NCBI GenBank assembly: GCA_951406725.2
Contig: OX597839.1
Coordinates: forward strand, 37,138,001-37,202,000
Length of the DNA: 64,000 bases
Reading direction: 5' to 3'
Origin: Octopus vulgaris
Taxonomy: Eukaryota
The notes under the pieces were generated by a model. That model worked only from the letters and a program-made list of their open reading frames with translations. It did no database searches and had not been told where the DNA came from. A program made the translations under genes and the position numbers. How positions within the stretch are numbered: position 1 is the first letter of the stretch; each line of letters opens with the position of its first letter. Positions 37,730 through 51,339 of this stretch are shown piece after piece.

Positions 37730-38300
37730 TCAAACAATACACACCAAACAGACACAGTTTAAGATCATCAGAAGACATCCTTGAGATCCTAGAAGAAACT
37801 GAAGAAATAGGCAACAGCTCCACCTAAGATGGAGAAAGTTTGTTTCCTAATGTTCCAGTTTTAAAAGCAATAAAATAAAATATATTAATTTTATACATGC
37901 CTCGGAATAAAGTCATTCATAATAACCACAAAGAAATATCTATGTACAGTACAACAGAAGTAACCTTTTGCTGTCCATGAGGTACATTGTATAGACAAAA
38001 AATGAAGCAGCCATGGGTTCTTTATTAGTACTCACATTAGCAATGTTGTATTTGGCCACAATAGAAAAAAAAACTGAGACCAAGATATAACATACAATGT
38101 ATCAGTCATACAGATGATATACTCACTATCATCTCTATATTAAAGACATTACAATATAAAACTTGTAGCAGCGCAATGTCTGCATTTCTTGACATAAAAC
38201 ATTCAGATAGAAAACAACAGATTCATCACATCTGCTTACATTGAAGAAACCAAACGTTCATAATTAGAAGACATTGAATGTTCACATAGATCCAGAGTGT
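37730..38300 (+). pseudogene. Decayed Penelope-like reverse transcriptase
   Basis: Frameshifted motifs in correct order: DGESLFPNVPV (cf. DV.SLFTNVP), LYRQ..AMGSLL (cf. Q..G.AMGSPL), TDDIL (cf. YVDD), AFLDI (cf. PFLD). Confidence 0.7.
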
Positions 38301-38548
38301 CAAGAGAGAGGAGCAGTTTTACTTAGAAGTACATGTTGATCACCATGACAACTTTCTTTGTTGTGGTCAATGTGACGATCACATGCTGCACACCTTCCTT
38401 CCAAGCACTGCTGTAGACAACAGAAGTGAGCTTGAATGTTAAAACATAGTACGCATACACAGCAGAGCTTAAGGTCAATCTTTGTGTGTTTTAGCTTTGT
38501 TACTATGGCAACAGTCCGGATAAATATTGATCAGGCTTCGTGAACACT

Positions 38549-39167
38549 ACTCTTTTACTCTTTTACTTATTTCACTCATTTGACTGCGGCCACACTGGAG
38601 CACTGCCTTTAGTTGAGCAAATCAACACCCAGGACATATTCTTTATAAGCCTTGTACTTATTCTATCGGTCTCTTTTGCTGAACCGCTAGGTTACGGAGA
38701 CATAAACACACCAGCATCAGTTGTCAAGTGATGTTGGGTGGACAAACACAGACCCACAAATATATACACACACATACATATATATATATTTTGGCACCTG
38801 TGCAGGTGGCATGTAAAAAGCACCCACTACACTCACGGAGTGGTTGGCGTTAGGAAGGGCATCCAGCCGTCGAAACACTGCCAGATCTGACTGGGCCTGA
38901 TGAAGCCTTCCGGCTTCACAGACCCCAGTTGAACCGTACAACCCATGCTAGCATGGAAAACGGAAGCTAAATGATGATGATGATGATGATGATGATGATA
39001 TATATATATATATACACATATATATGACGGGCTTCTTTCAGTTTCCATCTACCAAATTCACTCACAAGGCTTTGGTCGGCCTGAGGCTATAGTAGAAGAC
39101 ACTTACCCAAGTGGGACTGAACCCGGAACCGTGTGCTTGGTAAGCAAGCTACATACCACACAGCCAC
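38549..39167 (-). mobile_element. SINE family A interrupted by family E insertion (38792-38999, +)
   Basis: Both halves present; insert ends in (GAT)n within the SINE microsatellite. Confidence 0.85.
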
Positions 39168-39629
39168 AAATGCAAAATAGACACTTGATAGGGCAGAACA
39201 GATTATATTATATAGTCCTAGATATGCTTAGACAAACTAAAAACAAAAAAAAAAGAGGTGGTCACAGTTAGAAGACTTTTGACCAAATTTCAGCTTCATC
39301 GAATTTAACTGGGAACTAAATAACAACAGTGAAAACAGCATCAACATCTTTCATCCACTTGTTACAGCAAGAATCCGTATCAGGAAAAATAATTAACCTT
39401 AAAATATTTATGAAAGTTGAATTATGAACAAACGGAGCACAAAGCTAGATTAATGAAGGAAAAATTCGCCCCAAAACACGTCTGGATATGGAAGAAAACA
39501 AGTTAGTTAATTGTAAAACAAAATTTAATATCCAACTTTGCTTTTTGATCGTTAATTATAATCTGCAGTCTAACTAAAATATTCTTTGTAATTTACAAAG
39601 AGAAAATGTAAATATATACACACATATAT

Positions 39630-39860
39630 ATATATATGTGTGTGTATGTGTCTGTATGATGTGCATACATGTATGTATGTATGTATGTATGTATGTATGT
39701 ATGTATGTATGTATGTATGTATGTATGTATGTACGTATATGTATGTATGTACGTATATGTATGTATGTATGTACGTATATGTATGTATGTATGTATGTAC
39801 ATACATACGTATGTATGTATGTATGTACGTGTATGTATGTATGTATGTATGTATGTATGT
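39630..39860. repeat. (TATG)n microsatellite
   Basis: Direct inspection. Confidence 0.9.
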
Positions 39861-39927
39861 ACAACAATGGAGCTCTGCATATACACAATAGAACAATACA
39901 TCAGGTTGAGAGAGGGAAGTGGAGAAG

Positions 39928-39971
<44 letters not shown>

Positions 39972-40536
39972 TACCTACATAGAAAATGTAGAGGAATAGT
40001 ATTATTTATATAAGCTGAAAACGTCTACACACATACACACACATACGTGTGTGTATGTGTATAGTATGTATGTTGTTTATATCTGTGTATGTCTACATGT
40101 GCATATATACTTGTATGATCCTATGAACATATATGTACATGTGTGTGTGTCTGTGTTTGTATATGTGTGTAAATAGATATATTTGCATGCATCCATGTAT
40201 GTGTGTGTATGTGTGCGTGTGCATGTATCTGACAATATAACTGTGTATATGAATATGCATGTATTTATATCTGCATTTGTACACACATATATACACACAC
40301 ATACACACACACATATATATATATATGCACTAATGCATACATACAAATAGACACATATGTCTGTAAATTCATACAGACACACAAATATAAGCACACACAA
40401 ACACACACACACATATATACATACATACAAGCATACACACACACACATACATACACACACATACATACATGCATACACACACATACATACATACATACAT
40501 ACATACGTACATACATACATACATACATACATACAT

Positions 40537-40567
<31 letters not shown>

Positions 40568-41365
40568 TACATACATACATACATACATCCATACATACAA
40601 AGTACCAGACAATAACTTAACTAAAATCTAATGGAGAATATATAAGACTACAAAGAAGCAAAAGATATTTTGTGCCATAAATAGTCTCTTTGAGCCTCTG
40701 TCGATTTGTTCATTATTGAATGAATCCTCAAGAGTATTCAGTTCTGGCCATCTTTTCTACAAAAGTTTCCTTCAATTTCTACCAGATCTTAACAATATGC
40801 CTTCTGTATTTCAGCATTTCTGCCTCCAACCCTCTCACGTTGCCATTAAGATGGCATCTTTCATTTCTCGTTCTAAAATATTTGTTGCATTTTGTCGCTT
40901 TTTCTTTCAATGAATTATTGAATATACGTGGATGTTTGTATATAACAATGTGCATATGTGTGTGTGTGTGTATGTATATATTTTGATTGTATATATGAGT
41001 ATGGACATATGAATGTTTTTTTTTATATATGTGTAAGTATGTATGCAATTGTGTATATATTTTTGAATGTATTTATACATGTATGTATGATTGCATCTGT
41101 GCGCCTGTGTTTGTAAACATGTGTGCCCAAGTGTATAAGTGTTGTATGAATGTGTGTCAACATGAGTGTACACAGGAATATATATATATGCGCTAATATA
41201 TAAATAATGAACGTAAGCATATATATATGTGCATCTGTGTGTATGTATACAATATATATACAGATAGACAGATAGATTAATATAGCTGTGTATATGTATA
41301 CATACATATATACATTTTAGAGCTATGTGTATGTACACCCACACATATATATTCTATGTCACATG

Positions 41366-41407
<42 letters not shown>

Positions 41408-41760
41408 CACATATACAAAGTTAAATTCAAATGTCTACACAAACATCCATATGCAAAAACAGCAGACAAACACATGCATATATATATATACATTACACAC
41501 ATATACACAGACACATATGTATGCCTATATGTATATACATACATGCCAGAAACAAAGTAGGATAATATCATACTTTTTCCTTGTCAGCCATTGAAACCAC
41601 CACATTTCACAAACAACAATATATTTTGCAGCTCTTTTCACAAACGAATTCAAATTATATTTGTATGTGTGTATATACACTATATACACACACACACATA
41701 CATATATGTATGTGTGTGTATGTATGCATATGTATGAATGTATGTCAACGTGTATGTGCA

Positions 41761-41840
<80 letters not shown>

Positions 41841-42418
41841 TGTATGTATACACACATATAAACCACGCATGCATGTGCATGCACATTGCACAACCACATT
41901 CACCAACAGCCGTAACACTCTTTTCTCAAACCCATTCAAATTGCATTCGTTTACTCTATTTCATTTAAACTATTTTATACATCCACTTTATTTGACTATT
42001 TTATACACCTGTCTTATACAACTTATTTTATACACCTATTTTATACAAATTTTCTACACTTATTTTGAGTATCTATACTATTATAAATTATTTTCTTTTC
42101 TAGCATTCCGTTTATATAATCTTGCTCTTAATCAAATTGTCAGCTAAATTCCTCTATTGAAATTCTATGTCACTGGATTAAACTAACAGTTATTACATAT
42201 AGATATATATATACACATACATATATATCTACATACACAAATACATGTGCTTCTGAAACCTTATATACTTCTTCAAGCAAATACACTAACATCATCACAT
42301 ACACTCATATATATACATATGAACATATGCATACATACATACACATACATGCGCTTCTGAAGTCATGTACAAACACTTTTGTTCAACGATTTCTGAAACA
42401 CACAAACACACACTCCAT

Positions 42419-42466
<48 letters not shown>

Positions 42467-42469
42467 CAT

Positions 42470-42543
<74 letters not shown>

Positions 42544-43231
42544 CTACTCAGTTAAACTAAATATATACACACCATACACTTCTCGGCTGTAAATAACAAA
42601 CACACTGACACACAGAGTAAAACGCATACATGCACACACGTGCACGCACACCCACACACACCTACACACACTTCTCTATAATGATTTATCTTTCTATCAT
42701 CTTTTTCTTGTTTCGGTCCAATTTGGACTGAGGCCATGCTGGAGCTTCACTTTCAAGGGGTTTTTAGTTGAATGAATTAATCTTATTCAACAGATCTTTT
42801 TCTGTCAAACCATTATGCTACAGGGACATAAACAAACACTAGCTGCTGAGCAGGAGGGAAAGGTGGGGGGGGAGGCAAACACAAACTCAAAGACACACAG
42901 AGATAGATATGCAAGCTTTAGGTTAATTGAAATAGACTTGTGACATATTGCAACTTCTATAGGCAAATTCACTGCAGTTTCCATGGAGAAAAAAAATTTC
43001 TCTCTCATGGTAAAAAGGTGTAAAAGCATCGTATTTGCCCAGTGCTGCTCCCTCTCAGATTCCCAGATGTGTTTCTAGCTCTTTAGCCATTATCAATGAG
43101 CAATACCAAAGAGAAGTAACTTTGAGCAGATTTTAAAGCTGTAGCTTTAACTAAAACACAGTCAACAACATTGATATATATAGGTTTGGTGTTGCAGACA
43201 GGAAAAATAGAATTTACAACATGAGTATGTG

Positions 43232-43362
43232 TATTTAACAGAAGCAATAGAGTGACTCAAAGGCTGAGAGTTTCATGTGTTAGCACTTATCACTTGGTGT
43301 TTGATAAGTGCTAACACATGAAATTCTCGGTCTTTGAGTCACTCTGTTGCTTCTGCTAAATA
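43232..43362. repeat. Fold-back with ~60 bp arms and 9 nt loop, containing decayed hammerhead-like halves
   Basis: ...AGAGTGACTCAAAGGCTGAGAGTTTCATGTGTTAGCACTTATCA-cttggtgtt-TGATAAGTGCTAACACATGAAATTCTCGGTCTTTGAGTCACTCT... Confidence 0.8.
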
Positions 43363-43561
43363 TTAATAAACACACACACAACAAGCCTCCACACATTTTT
43401 TTTTTTGTCTACCAAATTCACTCACAAAGCATTGGTCAGCCTGGGGACATAGTAGAAGACACGGTGCCACTCACTGGGACTGAACCCAAAATCTTATGAT
43501 TGCAAGGCAAGCTTCTTAGCCACACAGACATGCATACCCCATATTTTCTGTGTATATAATA

Positions 43562-43732
43562 GGCGCAGGAGTGGCTGTGTGGTAAGTAGCTTGCTAACCA
43601 ACCACATGGTTCCGGGTTCAGTCCCACTGCGTGGCATCTTGGGCAAGTGTCTTCTGCTATAGCCCCGGGCCGACCAATGCCTTGTGAGTGGATTTGGTAG
43701 ACGGAAACTGAAAGAAGCCTGTCGTTTATATG

Positions 43733-43765
<33 letters not shown>

Positions 43766-43960
43766 CTGTGTTTGTCCCTCTAGCATTGCTTGACAACTGA
43801 TGCTGGTGTGTTTACGTCCCCGTCACTTAGCGGTTCGGCAAAACAGACCGATAGAATAAGTACTGGGCTTACAAAGAATAAGTCCCGGGGTTGATTTGCT
43901 CAACTAAAGGCGGTGCTCCGGCATGGCCGCAGTCAAATGACTGAAACAAGTAAAAAGAAA
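43562..43960 (+). mobile_element. SINE family A, full length, young
   Basis: Nearly identical to 31584-31999; an older inverted head lies at ~43405-43530. Confidence 0.92.
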
Positions 43961-44278
43961 TACTAACACATGGTGTGTTACTTTGGGCAAGGGTCATTTT
44001 CTACAATCTTCAGTTTACCAGAACTTTGTGAATGAAATTGGATAATGGAAATTGTATAAAAACTCATATGGGTTGTACTTGTAATTCAAAGGTCCAGTCC
44101 TTTCATACACTTTGTCCCATTGATTCCACCTCATAATTACATTAAGAATGTATGTATCTGTGGAATACTCAACCACTTTAACATTAAGTCAAGGGCACAT
44201 TAAATCAAGGATAGGTAAACTGAACATTTATGACCAATATCAAACATAATTTCTTATCACCATTCAACAACTGTCAAT

Positions 44279-44485
44279 CACTGGGGTCGATATAATCGAC
44301 TTAATCCGTTTGTATGTCCTTGTTTGTCCCCTCTGTGTGTAACCCCTTGTACTCATTTAATCAACCCCGAAAGGATGAAAGGCAAAGTGGACCTCGGCAG
44401 AATTTGAACTCAGAATGTGAAGACAGATGAAATACCGCTAAGCATTTCGCCTGGCGTGCTGACGTTTCTGCCAGCTTGCTGCCTT
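44279..44485 (-). mobile_element. SINE family B with inverted 3' segment
   Basis: 44350-44485 is the head half on minus; 44279-44349 is the 3' part on plus. Confidence 0.75.
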
Positions 44486-44587
44486 TGTTGTCACGTCAGC
44501 ACACAGCACAATGGTGAGCAATGAATCTTAAAGGAGACAGAAACACTGCTGTATAGGCTTTCAAGTTTCAAAAGACAAAGCACATAC

Positions 44588-44637
<50 letters not shown>

Positions 44638-44740
44638 TGCATGCGCACACGCAAAGGCACGTGCAGGAGTTTTCAATGAAATGAACATATTCTGTTGTTT
44701 CGTGAAAATAATAGCACGACTTTGCCCATTGCTAAACAGC

Positions 44741-45077
<337 letters not shown>

Positions 45078-45206
45078 TATGTACATACACGCACACCTTT
45101 ACACACATACCTATATGTGTATGTATGCATGCATTTAAATGTGGACATACACACACTTGTATGTATTTTTATATATACAAATGAATGAACGTGTGTGTGT
45201 GTGTGT

Positions 45207-45252
<46 letters not shown>

Positions 45253-45817
45253 GTATGTATATATATATACGTATGTATTTGCATATGTTTTTCCTGGCTC
45301 TGTATTCTTTGAATACTTGAAATAACCAACAAAGATCAAAATTCCTTTTCATATCTAATTTCTTTTTGATTTTTACGATATAATTTTATTTTTTTCAAAT
45401 AGTATTTTGCACCTAATTAGTAATAATACAATCAGAATCATCAATACATTTCTTTAATAAATGATTAATTACCTACATGGAAACGTTAATGATATCCTAG
45501 TGGAGGAAATGAGAAAGCTCAAAGAAACTTCTCTTTCATTCTTCTACTTTCTTTTCTCTTTAACTGTGAGTTGGTGTTTGATTAGTAATAACACTTCACT
45601 TTAGAGACACTTGTCTTCATTTGCAAAAGACTGTTAGCAACAGCTGGTTCACAACACCAGTAGATTGTCTGTATGTATGTTTATGTGCTGAATGTGTGTA
45701 TATGATATATGTATATATGTATCTTCCAATTTTCCTGAGCATCAATCTAATACATCCTGTTTGTTTTTTTACCTCATTTTTGTGTCTTTAATTTTGTGCC
45801 ACACACATATATATATG

Positions 45818-45824
<7 letters not shown>

Positions 45825-45862
<38 letters not shown>

Positions 45863-45943
45863 TAATATATCATATATATATATATCATATATATATATAT
45901 ATCATAATATATCATATATATATATATATATCATAATATATCG

Positions 45944-45974
<31 letters not shown>

Positions 45975-46140
45975 TAATATATCGTATATATATATATATA
46001 TATATATCAATCATAATATATCATATATATATATATATCATAATATATCATATATATATATATATCATAATATATCATATATATGTATGTATATATATAT
46101 ATATGTATATATATATCAATCATAATATATATAATATATA
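45825..46140. repeat. (TA)n-derived satellite with TCATAATATATC unit
   Basis: Unit recurs about eight times. Confidence 0.85.
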
Positions 46141-46469
46141 ATTTTGTACCACATAAATGCGAAACAAGGTGGAAAAAATAGTACTGGAATACCAGAGGTA
46201 GAGTAATATGCTTTATTGAAAATAAAAAAATATCACAAATCTGTTACTAATGAGAACAAGAAACTCTGAGTAACAGTTTTTGTGATATTTTTGCTGCTTT
46301 GGAGCCTGGTGCAGCCTTCTGGCTCACCAGTCCTCAGTCAAGCCATCCAACCCATACCAGCAGGGAAAGCAGACGTTAAACGAGGACGATGATGATGACG
46401 ATATATATATATATATATATTTATATATGGATGTGTGTGTGTTTATGCATAGATATATTAAGGCATATA

Positions 46470-47716
46470 TTAGGTTTGTAAAAATTCCTGTTGCATTTTT
46501 CACACAGTCACGTTGATGGCACTTTTTTCTATACTGGTTGTAAAATAAGCTTTAACTTTTCCATTCTAACATTTTCTCTCTTTCTTTGCAAATTACTTTA
46601 TACCATGGTGGTTAAAACTGTACAGATTTTACCCTTTTAAAATGAGTTTAGATCAGAACCATATCAGACACTGCATGCTACATAAATTCGAAAGGAGTTT
46701 TTCAGGAATGGAAGTGGCAAGAAATATTCGTTCTGACTGTGGAAATGAAACTTTAAGTGTCTGAATATGCCAACAATGGTTTGACCAGTTTTGGGAAATT
46801 TATTTCTTGCAGAATGCCCTCAATCTGGATGACTAAGTTCTGTCAATACTGACCTTCTGAAAACTCAAAGCAAACTGCACAAGAATTAGCAAAACAGTTA
46901 AATTCAAGTCACACTTTAATCATAAAACAGCTTCATGATTTAAGAAATGTGTCCTGATTTGGTCAGTAGTTCTCTCATCATCTCACTGCTTTGCAGGTTA
47001 ATCAAATAATCACCCTCAGCTCATCATTGAAGACTGACTATCAAACCATTCCTGGGTAGAATCCTCACAGTGATGTAAAAGTGGATTCTCTATGAATATA
47101 TCCAATGAAAATGACAATGTCTAACACCCAGTGAAAAAGGGGAATCCATTCCCAAACCAAACTACACTCAGAAAAACATTTATACTCTGCATTTGGTGGG
47201 ATATGAATGGTGTTATCTATCATGAAGTCTCAAAACAAAAACAAAAAAACAGTTAATATGGAGAAGTATTGGCATTAATTAGCATTAAGTATTGTACAAA
47301 AAATTTGCAGAAAATCACTCATCATTGATCAATTATAAAAAGGTGTTTTTCTAATATGATAAATGCAAGACAGCTTATTGCCCAAGTCACTTGGGAAAAG
47401 ATTATAGTTCTAAATATGAAAGTTTTGCCTCATCCTCATTAATCTCTTGACTTTGCTCCATCTAACTATCATCTTTTCATTTCATTGCAACATTATTTTA
47501 TTATTTTGAGAGAAAACAATTTATAAGTGGTTTAAAATGATATTGAGTGTTTCTTTGCTTCAAAATGTGAAGAATTTTATGCCCGAAGGATCAACAATTT
47601 GCCAAAGAGATGGGATTATGCCATCAAAAAGTGAAGAGGAATGATATATTGATTAAGTGTTTGTTTCTTTCGCATCTTGAAACGCAACAAGTCTTTCTTT
47701 CCAACCAAACAGTAAT
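46470..47716 (+). mobile_element. Near full-length decayed mariner element; transposase pseudogene 46642-47656
   Basis: HIRHCML..F....EVARNI (HTH), GDEKW-like, LCIWWDMNGVIYHE, DNAR, VLPHPH*SLDFAPSNYHLF (cf. HPPYSPDLAPSDYHLF), INNLPKRW; degenerate TIRs; ~1.25 kb. Confidence 0.88.
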
Positions 47717-47798
47717 ATACTGAAAGAATATACAGTTGATATGTATATGTCTATATGCATGTATGTATGCATGGGTGTATACTCACACACACACACTC

Positions 47799-47829
<31 letters not shown>

Positions 47830-47842
47830 CACACACACAAAC

Positions 47843-47881
<39 letters not shown>

Positions 47882-47983
47882 TTCTTTAAATATTGACTTT
47901 TGTCTTATATTTGAGGTGTGCCTGTATGTATATATGTATAATACATACATATATACACATGCACACGTATACATATGTATGTG

Positions 47984-48043
<60 letters not shown>

Positions 48044-48498
48044 CATATATACACATGCATACATATGTATATTTGTATGACATATACACACACATCCATA
48101 CACACACACATACATAAAACTTCAATTAGTGGCTGACAACCCCTGTGGGGTATATAATTTACCAAATTAGGATTTAATTGCGTAACTCTGTTTTTTTTTT
48201 TTTTTTGCTTTTGTTATAAACTTCATTAAGTGCTCAAACAGCATGTGCATAACAACAACTACAACAGCAACAACAACCTCAACCACAAACATTACTTCGG
48301 TAAATGTTATATAACCTGAGTGACGATGTACAGCTCAAACAATTTAATTATTTCTCACCTTGTTGCAAATTTAATTGCAAATCTTTTTTAATTGCTAACA
48401 ATTTTCAGGGAAGTACAGAAATAAACGAAGACAATTGTAATTTTGAAAAGACAAGTTACCTTGACACGCTACCTTTTGTTGTGTAATAATTGTCTTAC

Positions 48499-48534
<36 letters not shown>

Positions 48535-49364
48535 GTATGTTCATGTACGTATGTGTATATGTAGGTGCATGCAGGTACTATGTAATTATATATACATATG
48601 TATGTATATGTACATTGTTTTATACACACATACACACACACATTACATACACACACCACACACACACACAGTGATGTATATATGTGTGCATATATATACA
48701 GAGAGAGAGAGAGAGAGAGAGAGTGATATGTATGTGTGCATGTATGTATTTATGTCATATATGTATGTGTGAGTATATGTATATATGTATACACACACAC
48801 ACACATTACATACACACACACACACACACACAGTGATGTGTATATGTGTGCGTATATATATATATCTACAGAGAGAGAGAGAGCAATGTGTATGTGTGCA
48901 AGTATGTATTTATATATGTCATATATGTATGTATGTGGGAGTGTAAGTATATATGTACAAACACACACACACAAACACACAAACACACACACACACACAC
49001 ACACACAGAGAAACATGTTTAGTTATAAAACTTGAGTAATTTGTCAAATCAAAAGTTTAGTCAACCTGTTTATTTAATCAGCAGAAAATCAATTATAATT
49101 GTTGAGCGTGTTGTCAGTTAAAAATAAAGATTGATTCACTTTCGGAAATTAACACAAAATACATTGATTACTAACGAAGATAACCAATTTAACAGGACGC
49201 AATTTTATTTGTTTTGTCTTTTTTATTTTCACATACTCTATGTTTAAAAATGGGAGGAGATTAGGGAGAGAGAAGAAATAGATCACACAAAAGACATCTT
49301 CCTCATGTGACTTGTAAATGACATTAAGGGTTTGTTCAGTTGGAGACAGTTTTCTTGTTTGCCA

Positions 49365-49730
49365 GGCACAGATATGGCTGTCTGGTTAAGAGGCTTACTT
49401 GGCAACTACGTGGTCTCAGGTTCAATCCCACTGCACAGCATCACCTTGGCAAGTACCTCCTGTCATAGCCTTGGGTCAACCAATACCTTGCAAGTGAATT
49501 TGGCAAATGGAAACTGTGTGGAAGCCTGTTTTGTATGTTTGTGTGTGTGTGTGTGTGTCCCACTACACTTGAAACAGGTGTTGGTTTATGCTTGAACTTA
49601 AAAGTTCAGCAAAAGAGACCGATAGAATAAGGACTAGTATGTACTGAGGTTGATTTGTTTAACTAAACCTTTCAAGGTGGGGCCCCAGCATCACCGCAGT
49701 CCAATGACTGAAACAAGTCATAGATAAAAG
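49365..49730 (+). mobile_element. Old SINE family A-related copy
   Basis: TGGCTGTCTGGTTAAG...GCAAAAGAGACCGATAGAATAAG...AATGACTGAAACAAG. Confidence 0.75.
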
Positions 49731-49744
49731 ACAATGTGTTCAGC

Positions 49745-49920
49745 CCTTTAGTATTCAAATTTCTCTGTCAAATGTAATGCTTATTTATTCCCCACTGTTT
49801 TGAATCAATCTGGCATCATCATAGAGTAGTTTTGAGATTTCAATGATGTGAAATTTTGGGTACGACATAGTAAGGTAGGTGTGAGAGGTCAAATTTGGCC
49901 AGTTTTGAACATAAAACAGG
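49745..49920 (-). mobile_element. Partial MITE family M2
   Basis: CCCTTTAGTATTC terminus and GTAGGTGTGAGAGG...TTTGAACATAAAACAGG internal homology. Confidence 0.65.
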
Positions 49921-50365
49921 TGGCTGTGTGGTAAGAAGCTCGCTGGCGGTTACTAACACACTGCATGTCCCGAAATCCCATCAGTGGGAATTGTGCCACC
50001 GACAGAAGAAACTGTGGCCCCTTCCTATGTGATAGACGAGGAATTTGTAATCTTCTTTGACAAGGGAGGGGTTTTAGAAAACTTTGTAAAGAAGGTGAAA
50101 AAAATGGCCAGTGGGAAGGGGTTCTGTCCTGCACTGAGGACCCTGATTGGCCTCCGCAGGTGGCTGCGGAGGTCATAGGGGAAACTGACTTGTGCAGGAT
50201 AATGAACTCCTTCTCCGGGGATATATTTAAATTTATGCTAAAGTGCCCCAACTTGGCATCGTCCAGGTGCTTGAATGAGGCACTGTGCCTAGTCGGGCAT
50301 GGAAGTAAGAGGCTTTAATGCCTCGAGTTGTAAAAATGGTAAGAGACTTAGTGCCTCATTTTGTA

Positions 50366-51070
50366 ATCCATCCATCCATCCATCCATCCATCCATTCATT
50401 CATTCATTTATCCATTCATCCATCCATTTTCTCTGCTCACTATTCCTGGGAGGTTTATGGTGACAGTCCTCAGGCGCCTCGTCCTTAAGATCTTTTCTGA
50501 AATAACATTCATTACACTTCCTTGCTAGCTTCCCAAGTATGACCAACTGAAACTATGGATATTACCTAACTATTTCATTCATGGTCTAACTCTGGGTCTC
50601 CCACCTGATGGCTTGGCTTAACTCTTTAGTGTTTGCTTTATTCTGCCAAAATTAATGTTTTTTCATCCAAATTGTTTTGAATTAACCATGCATTATCTTG
50701 TAGCTATGAAATTTTGATGAGGTAGCTGTTAATTTTTAAAACGATATTGTAGGGTTGGTGTGAGAGACCAGATCTGGTCAGTTTGAACATAAAACAGGCA
50801 GAATACTTTTGGCTGGATATGGCCGGTTTAAATGCTAAAGGGTTAAAGAATTCGTCTTTCAATTCTTTCTTTTGACATTCTAACCACTTATCCGTAAAGC
50901 CAGAGTTGTGACCTCTCAACACTTGACCCAGAGGGACTTCTTGATCTCTGAGCTATGTACTCTGTTGACTAGTGTTACTCCAGAAATTCTTCTGAGGAAT
51001 CCATTTTGGAAGCTCATATTTGCAAGCAGACTCTTTCGGTCATTACTCAACGTTCATAACCGTTGGTGAT
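50366..51070 (-). mobile_element. Decayed RTE-clade LINE 3' fragment split by MITE M2
   Basis: (TCCA)n tail and reverse-complement similarity to 29520-30090 on both sides of the MITE. Confidence 0.65.
50622..50842 (-). mobile_element. piggyBac-type MITE (family M2)
   Basis: TTAA-CTCTTTAG...CTAAAGGG-TTAA; reverse-complement homology to 5369-5588. Confidence 0.85.
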
Positions 51071-51220
51071 TTTAAATTATTTATTTGTTGCTCCCTGGAA
51101 TTAATTATTAAGTATGACAACATTAATTTAATTAATTACTTTTAATTGCAGGTTCACTGAACTTGGAATGTCTTTGTCGATGACCACTGCAGTTTATCTG
51201 ATTGTCTCCTACAAATGCCG

Positions 51221-51339
51221 GACGTCAGCCAATCGGAAACCTCGATACCGAGTCTTTCAATCGGTCGAAAATGGTGCAGCAACAACAGCAGCAGCAGCAG
51301 AGAGAAACACTGCCACGTGAGCCGTTTGTGTCACATGAC
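51221..51339. promoter_or_regulatory. Candidate cis-regulatory motif cluster
   Basis: GACGTCA (CRE-like), AGCCAATCGG (CCAAT/NF-Y), CACGTG and GTCACATGAC E-boxes in a CpG-retaining non-repeat patch. Confidence 0.3.

Noticed and set aside
49960-50300. Higher-GC 64 aa ORF (MGIVPPTEE...)
   Set aside because: Probably a LINE relic but no motif I can name reliably; not called as CDS
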